From positions 2,272,001 through 2,336,000 of the forward strand of contig OZ243938.1 in assembly GCA_965214095.1 (NCBI GenBank): a stretch of DNA of 64,000 bases, given 5' to 3'. The position numbers were made by a program, and so were the translations under genes. Of this stretch, positions 1 to 10,624 are shown piece by piece. The stretch's first letter is position 1; every line of letters starts with the position of its first letter. The notes under the pieces are model-generated. The model was not told the origin of the DNA. It saw only the letters and a program-made list of their open reading frames with translations, and did not search any database. Source of the DNA: Candidatus Poribacteria bacterium. Lineage in GTDB: Bacteria > Poribacteria > WGA-4E > WGA-3G.

Positions 1-2
1 GG

Positions 3-419
3 GAACCTTTTGTTGGCAGAGCAGGAAAATTACTTACAGACATTATTAAGGCGATGAAATTAACACGTGAAGATGTCTACATCGCTAACGTGTTAAAATG
101 CCGTCCTCCAGGCAACAGAAATCCTACGCCTGATGAGGTAGAAACTTGTAGTCCCTATCTATTACGACAAATCACGTTGATCCAACCGAAAATCATCGTA
201 GCACTCGGTAGTTTTGCTGCACAGATGCTATTGGATACGAAAACAGGAATATCCGCACTCCGCGGGCGGTTCCATGAGTTTGCTCTCGCCCAACAAGACG
301 ATAATGCTCCTACCGTTATGCCGACCTATCATCCTGCGTATCTGCTCCGAAATCCGAGTGCGAAACGCGATGTTTGGGAAGACATGCAACAGGTGATGGA
401 TTTATTACATGGTAAATAA
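3..419 (+). CDS. udg: Uracil-DNA glycosylase family 4 (5'-truncated by window edge)
   Basis: Frame is open from position 3 (EPFVGRAGKLL...). Contains NVLKCRPPGNRNP and TYHPAYLLR motifs. Confidence 0.92.
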   Translation, partial: EPFVGRAGKLLTDIIKAMKLTREDVYIANVLKCRPPGNRNPTPDEVETCSPYLLRQITLIQPKIIVALGSFAAQMLLDTKTGISALRGRFHEFALAQQDDNAPTVMPTYHPAYLLRNPSAKRDVWEDMQQVMDLLHGK

Positions 420-485
420 TGCTTACACGATGTAACCGCTTGTACGTCTACCAAGACCTACCATTTATTTGGATAGAGTAAGATA

Positions 486-2999
486 ATGAATTACGCCAAC
501 GTTGCTTTTCCTATAGCAGTCAACCGTCTGTTCACTTATTCTGTTCCACAACACCTTGATACAATTTTACAACCCGGTATGCGTGTGCTCGCCTCTTTCC
601 GCAGAGATAGTCAGGAAGGCGTTGTCGTAGAGCGGACAGATACAACCGATTTGTCACCAGACCAGATAAAAGACATCTCCGACTGCCTTGACGATGTGCC
701 AACTTATTCTGATGAATTACTTTCACTCACAAAATGGATGGCAGACTACTATCTCACTTCCTGGGGTAACGCCCTTTTTTGTGCTGTTCCTGCAGCAGTC
801 CGGAACCAAAAACAACAAGTCGTGAAACTTGTTCCTGAATACACACCGCCAACTGGAAAGGTGCAGAAAGCAATTGTCGCACATTTGGAATCAGAGGATG
901 AACTGACTCCCAACCAGCTTGGCCGTCGCATTGGCAAAAGTTACGCACAACTCCGACCTACCATCACAGCACTTCGTGAAAAGGGTGTTGTTGAGGTCAT
1001 TGTCAGTCACAAGCCGAAAGCCACTACGCAATTTACCAATATTGCTACATTAGCATTGACAAATGCTGAAATAGAGGGTGAGATTTCTGAACTGACTACA
1101 GGTGGAGATGGATATGAAGCAAATAATGAGAAGAAACAACGCACCACACATGCAGCCGCTGCCAAACATGCCGAAATTCTTCAGACACTCCTTGATGAAG
1201 GAGGCTCAGTATCCACAGCAGAAATAACAAAACGGGTCAAGACAAGCATCTCACTACTTCGCACACTTGAAAGACGGGGACTAATTAAGATATCTCGCGC
1301 GGAAGCGGTGCGCAACCCACTCAGCAGTCAGCATGTCGTACCTACATCGCCACTTACTCTAAATTCAATCCAATCTGAAGCATTTGAAGACATTCTGAAA
1401 GGCCTCCAGTCGGAAGATAGATCACATTACCGATACTTACTTCACGGTGTCACAGGTAGCGGCAAAACAGAAGTGTATATGCAGGCGATGACGCATATCC
1501 TTGAAAGTGGAAAATCAGTTATCGTGCTTGTTCCGGAGATTTCTCTGACACCGCAAACAACATCAAGGTTTATTGGTCGTTTCGGTGAGCGCGTTGCACT
1601 CCTTCACAGTCGACTCAGTGACGGTGAACGTTTTGACCAGTGGCATCGTATCCAAAAAGGGGATGCAGATATTGTTATTGGTCCCCGATCTGCTATTTTC
1701 GCTCCTGTAAAACAACTCGGTCTACTGATTATTGACGAAGAACACTCAGATTCATATAAATCGGATACTGCACCGCGTTACCATGCACGTGAAGTTGCAC
1801 AAAAACGAAGTGAACTCGCAAACTGTCCGATAATACTTGGCAGCGCGACACCGTCCCTTGAAAGTTATTATAACTCTCAGAACGGCACTTATAAACTGCT
1901 TAAACTGCCTTCGCGTGTATTAGACAGAAAGATGCCAGAAGTCCATATTGTTGATATGCGAGAAGAACTAAAGAATGGCAACCGCACAATCTTCTCCGAA
2001 CTCCTCAGAAACTCAATTGGTGAAAGGTTGGAGAAGCATGAACAGACTATACTGTTTCTAAACAGACGCGGACATTCCAGTTATGTATTCTGTCGCACTT
2101 GCGGTTATGTAGAGAGGTGCGAAAACTGCTCTATTTCATTAACATTCCATTTTGAAACAAAAAGAATGGTCTGCCACCATTGTGGACATCAACGTGACAC
2201 GCATGCATCTTGTCCTGATTGTGATGGCGTTGCAATTGATTACTTTGGTCGCAGAGGATTTGGGACAGAAACAGTTGAGCAAGAGGTGCGTAAATCTTAC
2301 CCAACGGCAAATATCAAAAGATTTGATGCAGATTCAACTGCACGAAAAAATGCACATCAGCACATTTTGGACGGTTTCCAACGACAGGAAATTGATATTC
2401 TCATCGGGACACAGATGGTGGCAAAAGGTTTGGATTTCCCCAATGTGACCTTGGTTGGGGTGGTTGTTGCTGATACTGCTTTGAATTTACCGGATTTTCG
2501 CGCAAGTGAACAGACGTTTAGTCTGCTCACACAAGTTGCTGGTCGTTCTGGACGGGCTGATACAGCTGGTGAAGTAATCGTCCAGACCTACATGCCGAAC
2601 CACTACAGTATTTCATCTGTCAAGAAACATGACTACATCGGTTTTTATCAACAAGAGATAGAAGCACGGAGTGTTTTACAATATCCTCCTTTCAGTCATG
2701 TTGCCACACTTTTGCTACGTGGTGAGGATGAAAAAGTGGTAATTGACGCTATGCATTCTGTTGATGAGCATCTTCAAGCTTTACAAAGTGAAGATTTTCC
2801 AGAGGTGAAAATTTTAGGTCCTGCTCCTGCCCCGCTCTCTAAGATAGATGGAAAATACCGATGGCATTTCCTGCTCCGATGTCAGAACGTAGACCAAATT
2901 AGTCAACTGTTTCAACGATTGAACGAAGAACCACCAGCAATATTAAAATCGAATGTAATAGATTATATTATAGACATAGATCCAACAAATACGTTATAA
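486..2999 (+). CDS. priA: Primosomal protein N' (replication restart helicase)
   Basis: LHGVTGSGKTEVY Walker A, DEEH, Cys-rich zinc region (CRTC/CENC/CHHC/CPDC), QVAGRSGR, GPAPAP. Confidence 0.97.
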   Translation: MNYANVAFPIAVNRLFTYSVPQHLDTILQPGMRVLASFRRDSQEGVVVERTDTTDLSPDQIKDISDCLDDVPTYSDELLSLTKWMADYYLTSWGNALFCAVPAAVRNQKQQVVKLVPEYTPPTGKVQKAIVAHLESEDELTPNQLGRRIGKSYAQLRPTITALREKGVVEVIVSHKPKATTQFTNIATLALTNAEIEGEISELTTGGDGYEANNEKKQRTTHAAAAKHAEILQTLLDEGGSVSTAEITKRVKTSISLLRTLERRGLIKISRAEAVRNPLSSQHVVPTSPLTLNSIQSEAFEDILKGLQSEDRSHYRYLLHGVTGSGKTEVYMQAMTHILESGKSVIVLVPEISLTPQTTSRFIGRFGERVALLHSRLSDGERFDQWHRIQKGDADIVIGPRSAIFAPVKQLGLLIIDEEHSDSYKSDTAPRYHAREVAQKRSELANCPIILGSATPSLESYYNSQNGTYKLLKLPSRVLDRKMPEVHIVDMREELKNGNRTIFSELLRNSIGERLEKHEQTILFLNRRGHSSYVFCRTCGYVERCENCSISLTFHFETKRMVCHHCGHQRDTHASCPDCDGVAIDYFGRRGFGTETVEQEVRKSYPTANIKRFDADSTARKNAHQHILDGFQRQEIDILIGTQMVAKGLDFPNVTLVGVVVADTALNLPDFRASEQTFSLLTQVAGRSGRADTAGEVIVQTYMPNHYSISSVKKHDYIGFYQQEIEARSVLQYPPFSHVATLLLRGEDEKVVIDAMHSVDEHLQALQSEDFPEVKILGPAPAPLSKIDGKYRWHFLLRCQNVDQISQLFQRLNEEPPAILKSNVIDYIIDIDPTNTL

Positions 3000-3016
3000 T
3001 ACCTACTTAACCTGAT

Positions 3017-3043
3017 GTGCAGGGAAACAAGAATTGCCTGCAC
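3017..3043 (+). terminator. Hairpin between priA and the aldolase-like gene
   Basis: GTGCAGG...CCTGCAC stem without a strong U-tract. Confidence 0.3.
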
Positions 3044-3066
3044 CAAATTAAAGGAATTAATCATAT

Positions 3067-4023
3067 ATGGGCAACCGGATATTTGAGAAACTTGATAATA
3101 CTGACTTAATTGCACAGAGTCCTATTCTCGTTTTTGCTGCTGACCCGCTTGCATCAGCAGGCATAAAAGGACTCGGACAAGTGCAACACCCAAAACCGCA
3201 CTATCGAACGCATGGCGAGTTCTTACAACTCCAACGGGATCTTGTTGCAGATGGACAACTTGATGGTCTCCTGATGACCCCCGCAGATGCGGAAATACTT
3301 GCGCTTGATGAAAACCTGTTTGAGAACACGCCAATCACCCCAATTGTTCGCATGAACTCCGAAACTGCAATCTGGAATCCGAGATTTGGTGTGTACACCT
3401 CAAGACCATCAATGCCATTTCAGACAGTTTTCCCTGAAGATATGCAACGGTATTGTGAGACGCTTGTTGGTCCTGCGTTGGATTGCCGGGTCAATCTCGG
3501 ATTATATTCAATTACTCTCAACAATGACCCACTTGTCGACGAGAAAATGTTGCATGCTTACGTTCAATTTGCACATATTGTGGGAGAAATAGAAGGATTT
3601 GATCATCTATTAGAGGTGTTTTTGCCGAATGTAAAAATGCCGGGAATGGATGAAGAAAAACGGGGTATGTATGTCGCCGATTCTATTGTCCGCACGATGA
3701 GTTATCTCCGTAAACACCAACGTCCTCGTTTCATAAAGACTGCATACACGACTGCTGATGTTTGGACGGAATTATGTCAATTTGATACAACGCTTGTTAT
3801 CGGTGCGTTGGGTGGAGCGCGGCAAAATGCTCGTAGCACTTTTGCCCTGGCACATAACGTTGTACAGAACGGTGGACGCGCTATATTGTTCGGCCGCACA
3901 ATCTTTGGTGAAGATGATCCAATTAGTTTTGTGCAATGCTTACGGCGCGTGCTTGATGGAGACTCTGATCCGCAAGCGGCACATGCAGACTATCAGAAGA
4001 ACCTAAGAACTCGGACATCTTAG
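3067..4023 (+). CDS. Class I aldolase-like TIM-barrel protein (DhnA/Cgl0159-like)
   Basis: LDGLLMT, FIKTAY (candidate Schiff-base Lys), ALGG and GGRAILFGRTIF resemble DhnA-type aldolases. Confidence 0.6.
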   Translation: MGNRIFEKLDNTDLIAQSPILVFAADPLASAGIKGLGQVQHPKPHYRTHGEFLQLQRDLVADGQLDGLLMTPADAEILALDENLFENTPITPIVRMNSETAIWNPRFGVYTSRPSMPFQTVFPEDMQRYCETLVGPALDCRVNLGLYSITLNNDPLVDEKMLHAYVQFAHIVGEIEGFDHLLEVFLPNVKMPGMDEEKRGMYVADSIVRTMSYLRKHQRPRFIKTAYTTADVWTELCQFDTTLVIGALGGARQNARSTFALAHNVVQNGGRAILFGRTIFGEDDPISFVQCLRRVLDGDSDPQAAHADYQKNLRTRTS

Positions 4024-4078
4024 CGAAAACAATTATGCTGTGTCCTTCAGTCTTGTAGGTGCGGTTTCATAACAGCAT

Positions 4079-4249
4079 CATAGGTGTCAATTTAGCGTCC
4101 TTCCAAGTACCGGTAGGTTCGGTTTCCTAACCGAACTAGCTTTGTGCCAAATACCTTCATAGAGGTTCTCGCGTAGGATCCGGTTCGGTTAGGAAACCGA
4201 ACCTACCAGCCTGGGATTATAGCGTAATTCTCTTAAATTGACGCCTATG
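4079..4249. mobile_element. MITE-like element enclosing an inverted REP pair (REPIN-like)
   Basis: TIR CATAGGTGTCAATTTA (4079-4094) / TAAATTGACGCCTATG (4234-4249), 15/16 match. Internal REPs at 4112-4136 and 4183-4207 are exact reverse complements. Flanked by ~20-bp direct repeats GGTGCGGTTTCAT(A/G)ACAGCA. Confidence 0.7.
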
Positions 4250-4274
4250 GTGCGGTTTCATGACAGCACTATAA

Positions 4275-4300
4275 GAAGGCACACATGCCTAACGTGCCTT
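4275..4300 (-). terminator. Hairpin terminator downstream of the arylsulfatase
   Basis: GAAGGCAC...GTGCCTTC stem between convergent genes. Confidence 0.5.
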
Positions 4301-4320
4301 CTTACTGATATTGCTATCAC

Positions 4321-6030
4321 CTAAATAACTCGTTTCGCATAGACATAATATGCACCAAGCGATAATTCACCTGTCTCATCAGAGAACTCTGTGTGCATCC
4401 GTGTCTGTCCTGCTTTGAGATCGAATGTAAAGTTCACACCGACAGCATCAGGTTCAATAACTTGCGTTGCAGTCTGATCACCAATACGGATTTGTGCTGT
4501 TTTCAAATTTAATGCACGTCCACCATTGTATAGGTCAATTTTCTCACCGGGAATACCTTCGGTAATTGCCCTATTTTCCTCTCGTGGCCAGCGGCGTAAC
4601 TCAAAACTATACTCACCATCTTCAGGGATCTCAATTGCCCAATATCCGTTGCATTCCATCCCGTTTCGAATAGAACCTTGATTCCAAGCATTTGCACTGC
4701 CGTGCCAATCATGTGTTGTAATACATGCAAGTTGCTCGTTTTGCGTGCCGACGACAATTGGACATTCTTCATCAAACCTTTGTGAAACTATTGTCCACCA
4801 TGCTTCATAATGTTCGCGAAGTTCAGCAACGACATCAGGGTGTTGATCGGCAATGTCCTCTCGTTGCTCGGGATCTGCTTGAATATCGTATAGTTCCGTG
4901 CCGTTGATCAGTCTCCATCTTTGTGACATTGTAGCACTCTGTCTCCACTTTACTGGATTTTCAATCCGCTGCGAATCGGTGACTACCACACGATCTTCCC
5001 ATTCTTCCGGTTTATCTTGAAATAATGGTGTAATGCTTTTTCCATGGAAACGAGAGTTATCAGACACTTCTAAATCGCATAGGTCAATTAGGGTAGGTAG
5101 CAGGTCAATGTTGGCAGTGAGTTCGTCAACTTCTTTCTTTTCTGAAAAACCACCGCTGGGCCAATGCATAAACAGGGGTACACGATGTCCACCTTCATAA
5201 GGTGAACCTTTTTTACCACGCATCCCAGCGTTATATCCAGACTTAACATACTGCTGTCCATCTAAGTCGCAGCCATTAGCAGAACCATTATCTGTCATAA
5301 AGATAAGGATAGTATTTTCTTCAAGTCCGAGAACTTTAAGATGGTGTCGAAGTCGTGCCATATTATCGTCAATGTTGGTAATCATTCCATAAAAACAGGA
5401 ACGTGATTCTGGTTCGCCTTTCCTTCGGTAAACTTCACTATATGCATCGGGAACACGGAAGGGGCCGTGGGGTGCATTGGTCGGAATATAGCAGAAAAAT
5501 GGACGTTCCTTATTGCGTTCAATAAACTTCATTCCTTCCTGAAACCAGACATCTGTGCAGTAACCCTCAAAAGGTTGTTCAGAACCGTTGCTGAAATAGG
5601 TGTCGTCAAAGTAGTCGTTTCCCCAATAGTCTGGTGTTTGACTGATACCGCCGCCGCCGTGATAGAGTGCCTCTTCAAAACCTCGGTCATGCGGACGGAA
5701 CGGATAATTATCTCCAAGATGCCATTTACCGAACATACCTGTTTTATACCCGTTGCGTCTGAAGATATCTGCCATCGTGACTTCATCACTGCGGAGGAGT
5801 GACCTTCCTCCGATGGTATGCCATACACCTGTTGAGTTGCAGTAACGTCCGGTCATTATGCCTGCGCGCGTCGGTGAACAGGTGGGACCGACATGTAGGT
5901 TCTGCAGTTGAACGCTCTCTCCAGCAAGTGCGTCAAGGTTTGGGGTGTTGATGACAGGATTTCCAGTGCATCCTAAATCACCGTAGCCTTGGTCGTCGGT
6001 AATAACGAAAACAAGATTAGGTTGTGTCAC
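4321..6030 (-). CDS. Arylsulfatase (Cys-type, formylglycine-dependent)
   Basis: PNLVFVITDDQG, CSPTRAGIMTGR signature, GKWHLG, TDNG. Confidence 0.95.
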   Translation of the reverse strand: MTQPNLVFVITDDQGYGDLGCTGNPVINTPNLDALAGESVQLQNLHVGPTCSPTRAGIMTGRYCNSTGVWHTIGGRSLLRSDEVTMADIFRRNGYKTGMFGKWHLGDNYPFRPHDRGFEEALYHGGGGISQTPDYWGNDYFDDTYFSNGSEQPFEGYCTDVWFQEGMKFIERNKERPFFCYIPTNAPHGPFRVPDAYSEVYRRKGEPESRSCFYGMITNIDDNMARLRHHLKVLGLEENTILIFMTDNGSANGCDLDGQQYVKSGYNAGMRGKKGSPYEGGHRVPLFMHWPSGGFSEKKEVDELTANIDLLPTLIDLCDLEVSDNSRFHGKSITPLFQDKPEEWEDRVVVTDSQRIENPVKWRQSATMSQRWRLINGTELYDIQADPEQREDIADQHPDVVAELREHYEAWWTIVSQRFDEECPIVVGTQNEQLACITTHDWHGSANAWNQGSIRNGMECNGYWAIEIPEDGEYSFELRRWPREENRAITEGIPGEKIDLYNGGRALNLKTAQIRIGDQTATQVIEPDAVGVNFTFDLKAGQTRMHTEFSDETGELSLGAYYVYAKRVI

Positions 6031-6064
6031 GATAATATCTCCATTTATTTAATTTTATAGTATG

Positions 6065-7252
6065 TTATTGCAACGCCTTTTTAATGCGATCTAACCCACG
6101 ATGTATCTCTGTCAAAGAGGTAGCGAAGGAAAGACGCAAATTGTTGTCTGCCCCAAAACCATCACCAGGTACAACACCGACACCAGCAGAGCCAAGTAGA
6201 TAATCGGTTATGTCCATTGAACCTTCAATCTTGTTGCCCTCAAGTGTTCTGCCGTAGTGTGCAGAAAAGTCGGGGAAAATATAGAATGCACCCTGCGGTT
6301 TGACATAACTCACACCATCAATATCATCAAAACGTTGACAGATGACATCGCGGCGTTCTTCAAAAGCCTTACGCATTTCCTCAACGGCATCCTGTGGTTC
6401 TTTCAGTGCGGCAACTGCACCTTTTTGTGCAATTGAGGTCGGATTTGAAGTGCTATGGGATTGGATGCGGGACATCGCTGAAATCGCATCTTCGGGACCT
6501 GCAGTATAACCGATGCGCCATCCTGTCATGGAGTAGGCTTTCGATACACCGTTCACAACAAAGGTTATCGCTTTTGTTTCCTCATTAAATGAGGCGGGAC
6601 TCTGATGGGTCGCACCGTCGTATAGCAGTGCTTCATAAATTTCATCAGAAATGAGGTAGACCTGATTTTCAACAGCGAGTGCTGCAATCTGTTTAAGTGT
6701 ATCAATATCGTAGGTTGTGCCGGTGGGGTTGCTCGGACTGTTGATGAGTATCGCCTTGGTTTTTGGTGTTATCGCTGCTGCTACCTGTTCAGGTTGCATA
6801 CAGAAGTTCTGTTCTGCAGTTGTTTCAATGACTTTTGGCACAGCACCTGCTAATTTGATCTGCTGTGGATAACTCACCCAATACGGTGCTGCAAAGATTA
6901 CCTCGTCTCCCGGATCACATATCGCTTGCATGATGTTATAGAGGGTGTGCTTTGCACCGCATGAAACTATGACTTGGGATGTTGTATAACTCAATCCGTT
7001 ATCGTTCTGAAATTTCTCAACGATTGCTTCCCGTAGTTCGGGAATACCGGGGACAGGTGTGTATTTGGTAAAACCTGCATCAAGTGCCTCTATTGCGGCG
7101 GCTTTGATATAATCGGGTGTATCAAAATCGGGTTCACCTGCTCCGAATTTGACAACATCTACGCCATCGGCAATCATCGCGTTGATTTTCGCTGTGATGG
7201 CTAAGGTGGATGACGGTGTTACGTTTTGACTCCGTTGTGATAGTGAAATCAT
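6065..7252 (-). CDS. aspC: Aspartate aminotransferase (class I/II PLP)
   Basis: GAGEPDF, NSPSNPTG, DEIY, SKAYSMTGWRIG. Confidence 0.9.
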   Translation of the reverse strand: MISLSQRSQNVTPSSTLAITAKINAMIADGVDVVKFGAGEPDFDTPDYIKAAAIEALDAGFTKYTPVPGIPELREAIVEKFQNDNGLSYTTSQVIVSCGAKHTLYNIMQAICDPGDEVIFAAPYWVSYPQQIKLAGAVPKVIETTAEQNFCMQPEQVAAAITPKTKAILINSPSNPTGTTYDIDTLKQIAALAVENQVYLISDEIYEALLYDGATHQSPASFNEETKAITFVVNGVSKAYSMTGWRIGYTAGPEDAISAMSRIQSHSTSNPTSIAQKGAVAALKEPQDAVEEMRKAFEERRDVICQRFDDIDGVSYVKPQGAFYIFPDFSAHYGRTLEGNKIEGSMDITDYLLGSAGVGVVPGDGFGADNNLRLSFATSLTEIHRGLDRIKKALQ

Positions 7253-7282
7253 TAATTCTCCTTATCTTTATATATCGTTCCC

Positions 7283-7514
7283 TTATGACGATAAGATTAG
7301 TCTAAATTCATCAATGTTTGAAACTTCAAGTGCCTGCTGGCATAGCTGCTTGAGTTGCTGTAGTTCTTCAATGCTCTCAAGGATAGGTTTTAGTGGCTGC
7401 ACTTCATCGGGTGAAAAATGGAATTCTAATATATTCATGAGTGATTCAAGAACGCCTTTTCTCTCACCTTGTTCAATACCTTATCTAATTGTCCACTCAA
7501 CTGTGGTGTGTCAT
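7283..7514 (-). pseudogene. Remnant of an Rpn/DUF4351-like C-terminal helical domain
   Basis: Minus frame reads ...TIR*GIEQGERKGVLESLMNILEFHFSPDEVQPLKPILESIEELQQLKQLCQQALEVSNIDEFRLILSS*. There is an in-frame TAA, and the upstream ATG is out of frame. Confidence 0.55.
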
Positions 7515-7535
7515 CAATTTCCTTATTTTCTTTTG

Positions 7536-8399
7536 TCATAACGTCTTCGCAAGTTGCTTTAACAAATCCTTCTGTTTTCGTGTCAAGGCTTTGGGAACTT
7601 CCACAACAAGTCGAACACGTAAATCCCCGTTGCGTCCAGTGGGGTCAACTATTCCTTGTCCACGGATACGTAACTGCTGCCCGGGTTGTGCTCCTGATGG
7701 TATTTTGAGATCCACATTACCTGATAGCGTTTGCACTCGGACTGTGCCACCTAAAGCTGCGGTTGTCATAGGCACTTTTACATCTGTTACTAAATCAAGA
7801 CCATCTCGCGATATTGTTGGATGAGGTTGAACGGATATTTTAACCATCAAGTCCCCTGATTGTCCCGCACCGATGGATTCTCCTTGTCCCCGCACCCGTA
7901 GTGTTTGACCGTCTTTAATGCCCGGTGGAATCTTAATAGTAATGTTTCTTCCTTGTATAGGAACCTCTTTCTTTGTTCCAAGCACAGAATCCTCAAAAGG
8001 AATAGTTAGGTTTATGCGATGGTCACGCCCGCGGTATGTACGAGTAGTTCTCCGTTGCGGTCCAAATACATCACCGAAAGCATCATCAAATCCACCGTAA
8101 CCCGACCGTCCAAGAATATCGTTTAAGTTTATGTGAGAAAAGACATCGTTCACATTGGTGAAGCCTTCAAACCCCATACCGTGCACGCCAGCATGACCAC
8201 GGGTATCATAGGCGCGTCGCTTTTCTGGATCAGATAGCACGGAATAAGCATTAGATGCCTCTTTAAATCTCTCTTCAGCAGCTTTGTCACCGGGGTTCTT
8301 ATCCGGATGGTATTTGACTGCCAATTTGTGATATGCTTTTTTGATTTCTTCTGAAGTAGCGTCTCGATTAACGCCAAGAATTTCGTAGTAGTCGTTCAT
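7536..8399 (-). CDS. DnaJ class II chaperone (CbpA-like, no zinc finger)
   Basis: J-domain with HPDKN, G/F region and DnaJ_C domain; no CxxCxGxG repeats. Confidence 0.92.
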   Translation of the reverse strand: MNDYYEILGVNRDATSEEIKKAYHKLAVKYHPDKNPGDKAAEERFKEASNAYSVLSDPEKRRAYDTRGHAGVHGMGFEGFTNVNDVFSHINLNDILGRSGYGGFDDAFGDVFGPQRRTTRTYRGRDHRINLTIPFEDSVLGTKKEVPIQGRNITIKIPPGIKDGQTLRVRGQGESIGAGQSGDLMVKISVQPHPTISRDGLDLVTDVKVPMTTAALGGTVRVQTLSGNVDLKIPSGAQPGQQLRIRGQGIVDPTGRNGDLRVRLVVEVPKALTRKQKDLLKQLAKTL

Positions 8400-8454
8400 A
8401 GGTTTTGTTACTATTCATTTAGTAGTTTATTTTCATTTATCACAAAATACAAAT

Positions 8455-9588
8455 TTATAATAATTCTATCATTTCATCAACAGAAGCGATTTTATGTCGT
8501 TCTTTCACGATTGTCTTACCAAAATCTAGTATAGCGGTTTCAACATGCAGTTTTCGTTGCAAATCTGAAATAACCTCAATGTCTTTGACATGTGCTGCCC
8601 CTATGATTCGTCTCAACATTTCCAATCCAGCAAATCCTACAGACTCCCGGAAGATCACTTGCAAGATGCGAGACTTTAGCGACAAGTCCATCTTAAACTC
8701 GTCAGTATATGTTTTCCATGTCTGAATTATTGCAGTAATTATTTCTGACTGAACTTTAGTATTGTCTGTATGAGAATAATAAGATAAGAGATAATTTGCC
8801 CAGAACAAACCAATGTCAAATCCGACAGGACCGTAGAAAGCAAATTCAGAGTCAATAACTTTGGCAGAATTACCTTTTACCATAATGCTACCCGTGTGAA
8901 GGTCTCCGTGTGTCAACCCACGCTGTACTCTTAGAAAAACGCTCTTTAATTCATCTACCTGTTCCAAGAATTGTTGGTCAGTTCTCAATCGGTCAACCAC
9001 TGTCTCTAAACCTTCCGTGTGGTAATTTGTTTCGTGATCAGTAAAAGGAAAAGTGAAAACGTAATCGGCAGTTATAGCCTGCATCACGGTGTTTGCAAAG
9101 TCTTTCTGGTACTTATTAATAATGACTTTATCAAGGTTATCGGTGTAGGTTTGGCTATGTACAATTCCCATAAACCTTCCGATTAGTACAGGGATTGTCT
9201 GACTGACGTTCCCCGCAATGAGATCCTCTCGCAGCAGCTTGTAACCTTTGAGATCCTCCATAGCAATTACTGCAGCCTCACTATCAAAATAGTATAGTGT
9301 TGGCACTGTCTCACTTGCAAATTGATTGTAAACTTGAAGTGAACGTAACTCATAAGTCAAACGTTCTGAAGACAATGGATAGTCAGGTCCCAATATTTTA
9401 ATATAAGGTGGTGCTTGCTTTAACACCAAAGACCTTTCCGAGTGTGTTGAATCGGATACTCGAAAGACAAAGTTGAGATTCCCATCTCCGATCTCTTCAG
9501 AATGCAAGTCTGCACCCGAATCAAAAAAAACTATTTCAACTTGTCGTTCACGAAGATATTGAGGGATGGTTTCTCTATTAAGTTCCAT
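8455..9588 (-). CDS. mtnK: S-methyl-5-thioribose kinase
   Basis: EIGDGNLNFVF, KQAPPY, HGDLHTGS, DSEFAFYGP, RRIIGAAHV. Confidence 0.93.
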   Translation of the reverse strand: MELNRETIPQYLRERQVEIVFFDSGADLHSEEIGDGNLNFVFRVSDSTHSERSLVLKQAPPYIKILGPDYPLSSERLTYELRSLQVYNQFASETVPTLYYFDSEAAVIAMEDLKGYKLLREDLIAGNVSQTIPVLIGRFMGIVHSQTYTDNLDKVIINKYQKDFANTVMQAITADYVFTFPFTDHETNYHTEGLETVVDRLRTDQQFLEQVDELKSVFLRVQRGLTHGDLHTGSIMVKGNSAKVIDSEFAFYGPVGFDIGLFWANYLLSYYSHTDNTKVQSEIITAIIQTWKTYTDEFKMDLSLKSRILQVIFRESVGFAGLEMLRRIIGAAHVKDIEVISDLQRKLHVETAILDFGKTIVKERHKIASVDEMIELL

Positions 9589-9622
9589 ATATCGGTAAGA
9601 ACAACCCGGAAGAAATCTTTAT

Positions 9623-10624
9623 CTACAACAAGAGTTCTTCTGCAATTTGGATTGCATTTAAAGCTGCACCCTTACGAAGATTATCGGCAACAACCCACAT
9701 ATTTAATCCGTTTGAAATGGATATGTCTTCACGAATACGTCCAACATATACATCATCTTTCCCAGCAGCTTCTATCGCCATGGGATACTTGTAGTTGTCC
9801 GGATCATCTATCAGCTGCACACCAGGAGCATCTGCAAGACATTTATGTGCTTCAGCAGGAGTAAGTTTTTCATGGGTCTCAAGGTTAATTGACTCTGAAT
9901 GTGCAAAGAAAACTGGCACACGTACAGTAGTTGCTGAAACACCGATAGTATCATCAGAAAGGATTTTATGGGTTTCATTGACCATCTTGAGTTCTTCTTC
10001 GTTATCACCGGTGTCAGTAAAGGGCCAATCAAAAGCGACATTAAATGCCATCTGATGCGGAAAACGATCAAGAGTGATAGGTTTGCCTTCTAACGCTTCG
10101 GTTGTTTGTAGAATCAATTCATTCACTGCCTGACCACTCTTACCGGAAACACTTTGATAAGTAGAAACAACAATTCGTTTGATTCCAACAGCATCATATA
10201 TCGGTTTGAGTGCGACCATCATCTGTATGGTTGAACAATTTGGATTAGCAATAAGTCCGTTATGTTTGTGTGCAGCATCCATATTGACTTCAGGCACAAC
10301 TAAAGGCGTGTTATCATCCATACGGAAAGCACTCGTATTATCAATAACCAATGCCCCTTTATCAACTGCTGTTGGCATGAATTCTCGACTGACTGATGCC
10401 CCCGCCGAAGAAAAGACAAGGTCAACATCATCAAACGAGTCGTGAGTCAATTCTTCTATGACGATGTGTGCCCCTTTAAAAGTTAAGATTTCACCTGCAG
10501 ATCTGTGAGATGCCAGCAGTTTCAGACTCCCAACAGGAAAAGCGCGTTCTTCTAAAAGCCCCAACATAGTGTTGCCAACTGCCCCTGTTGCCCCGACAAT
10601 CGCAACACGATAACTCTCATTCAT
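9623..10624 (-). CDS. asd: Aspartate-semialdehyde dehydrogenase
   Basis: VGATGAVG, NPNCST, RVPV, DNLRKGAALNA. Confidence 0.97.
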   Translation of the reverse strand: MNESYRVAIVGATGAVGNTMLGLLEERAFPVGSLKLLASHRSAGEILTFKGAHIVIEELTHDSFDDVDLVFSSAGASVSREFMPTAVDKGALVIDNTSAFRMDDNTPLVVPEVNMDAAHKHNGLIANPNCSTIQMMVALKPIYDAVGIKRIVVSTYQSVSGKSGQAVNELILQTTEALEGKPITLDRFPHQMAFNVAFDWPFTDTGDNEEELKMVNETHKILSDDTIGVSATTVRVPVFFAHSESINLETHEKLTPAEAHKCLADAPGVQLIDDPDNYKYPMAIEAAGKDDVYVGRIREDISISNGLNMWVVADNLRKGAALNAIQIAEELLL

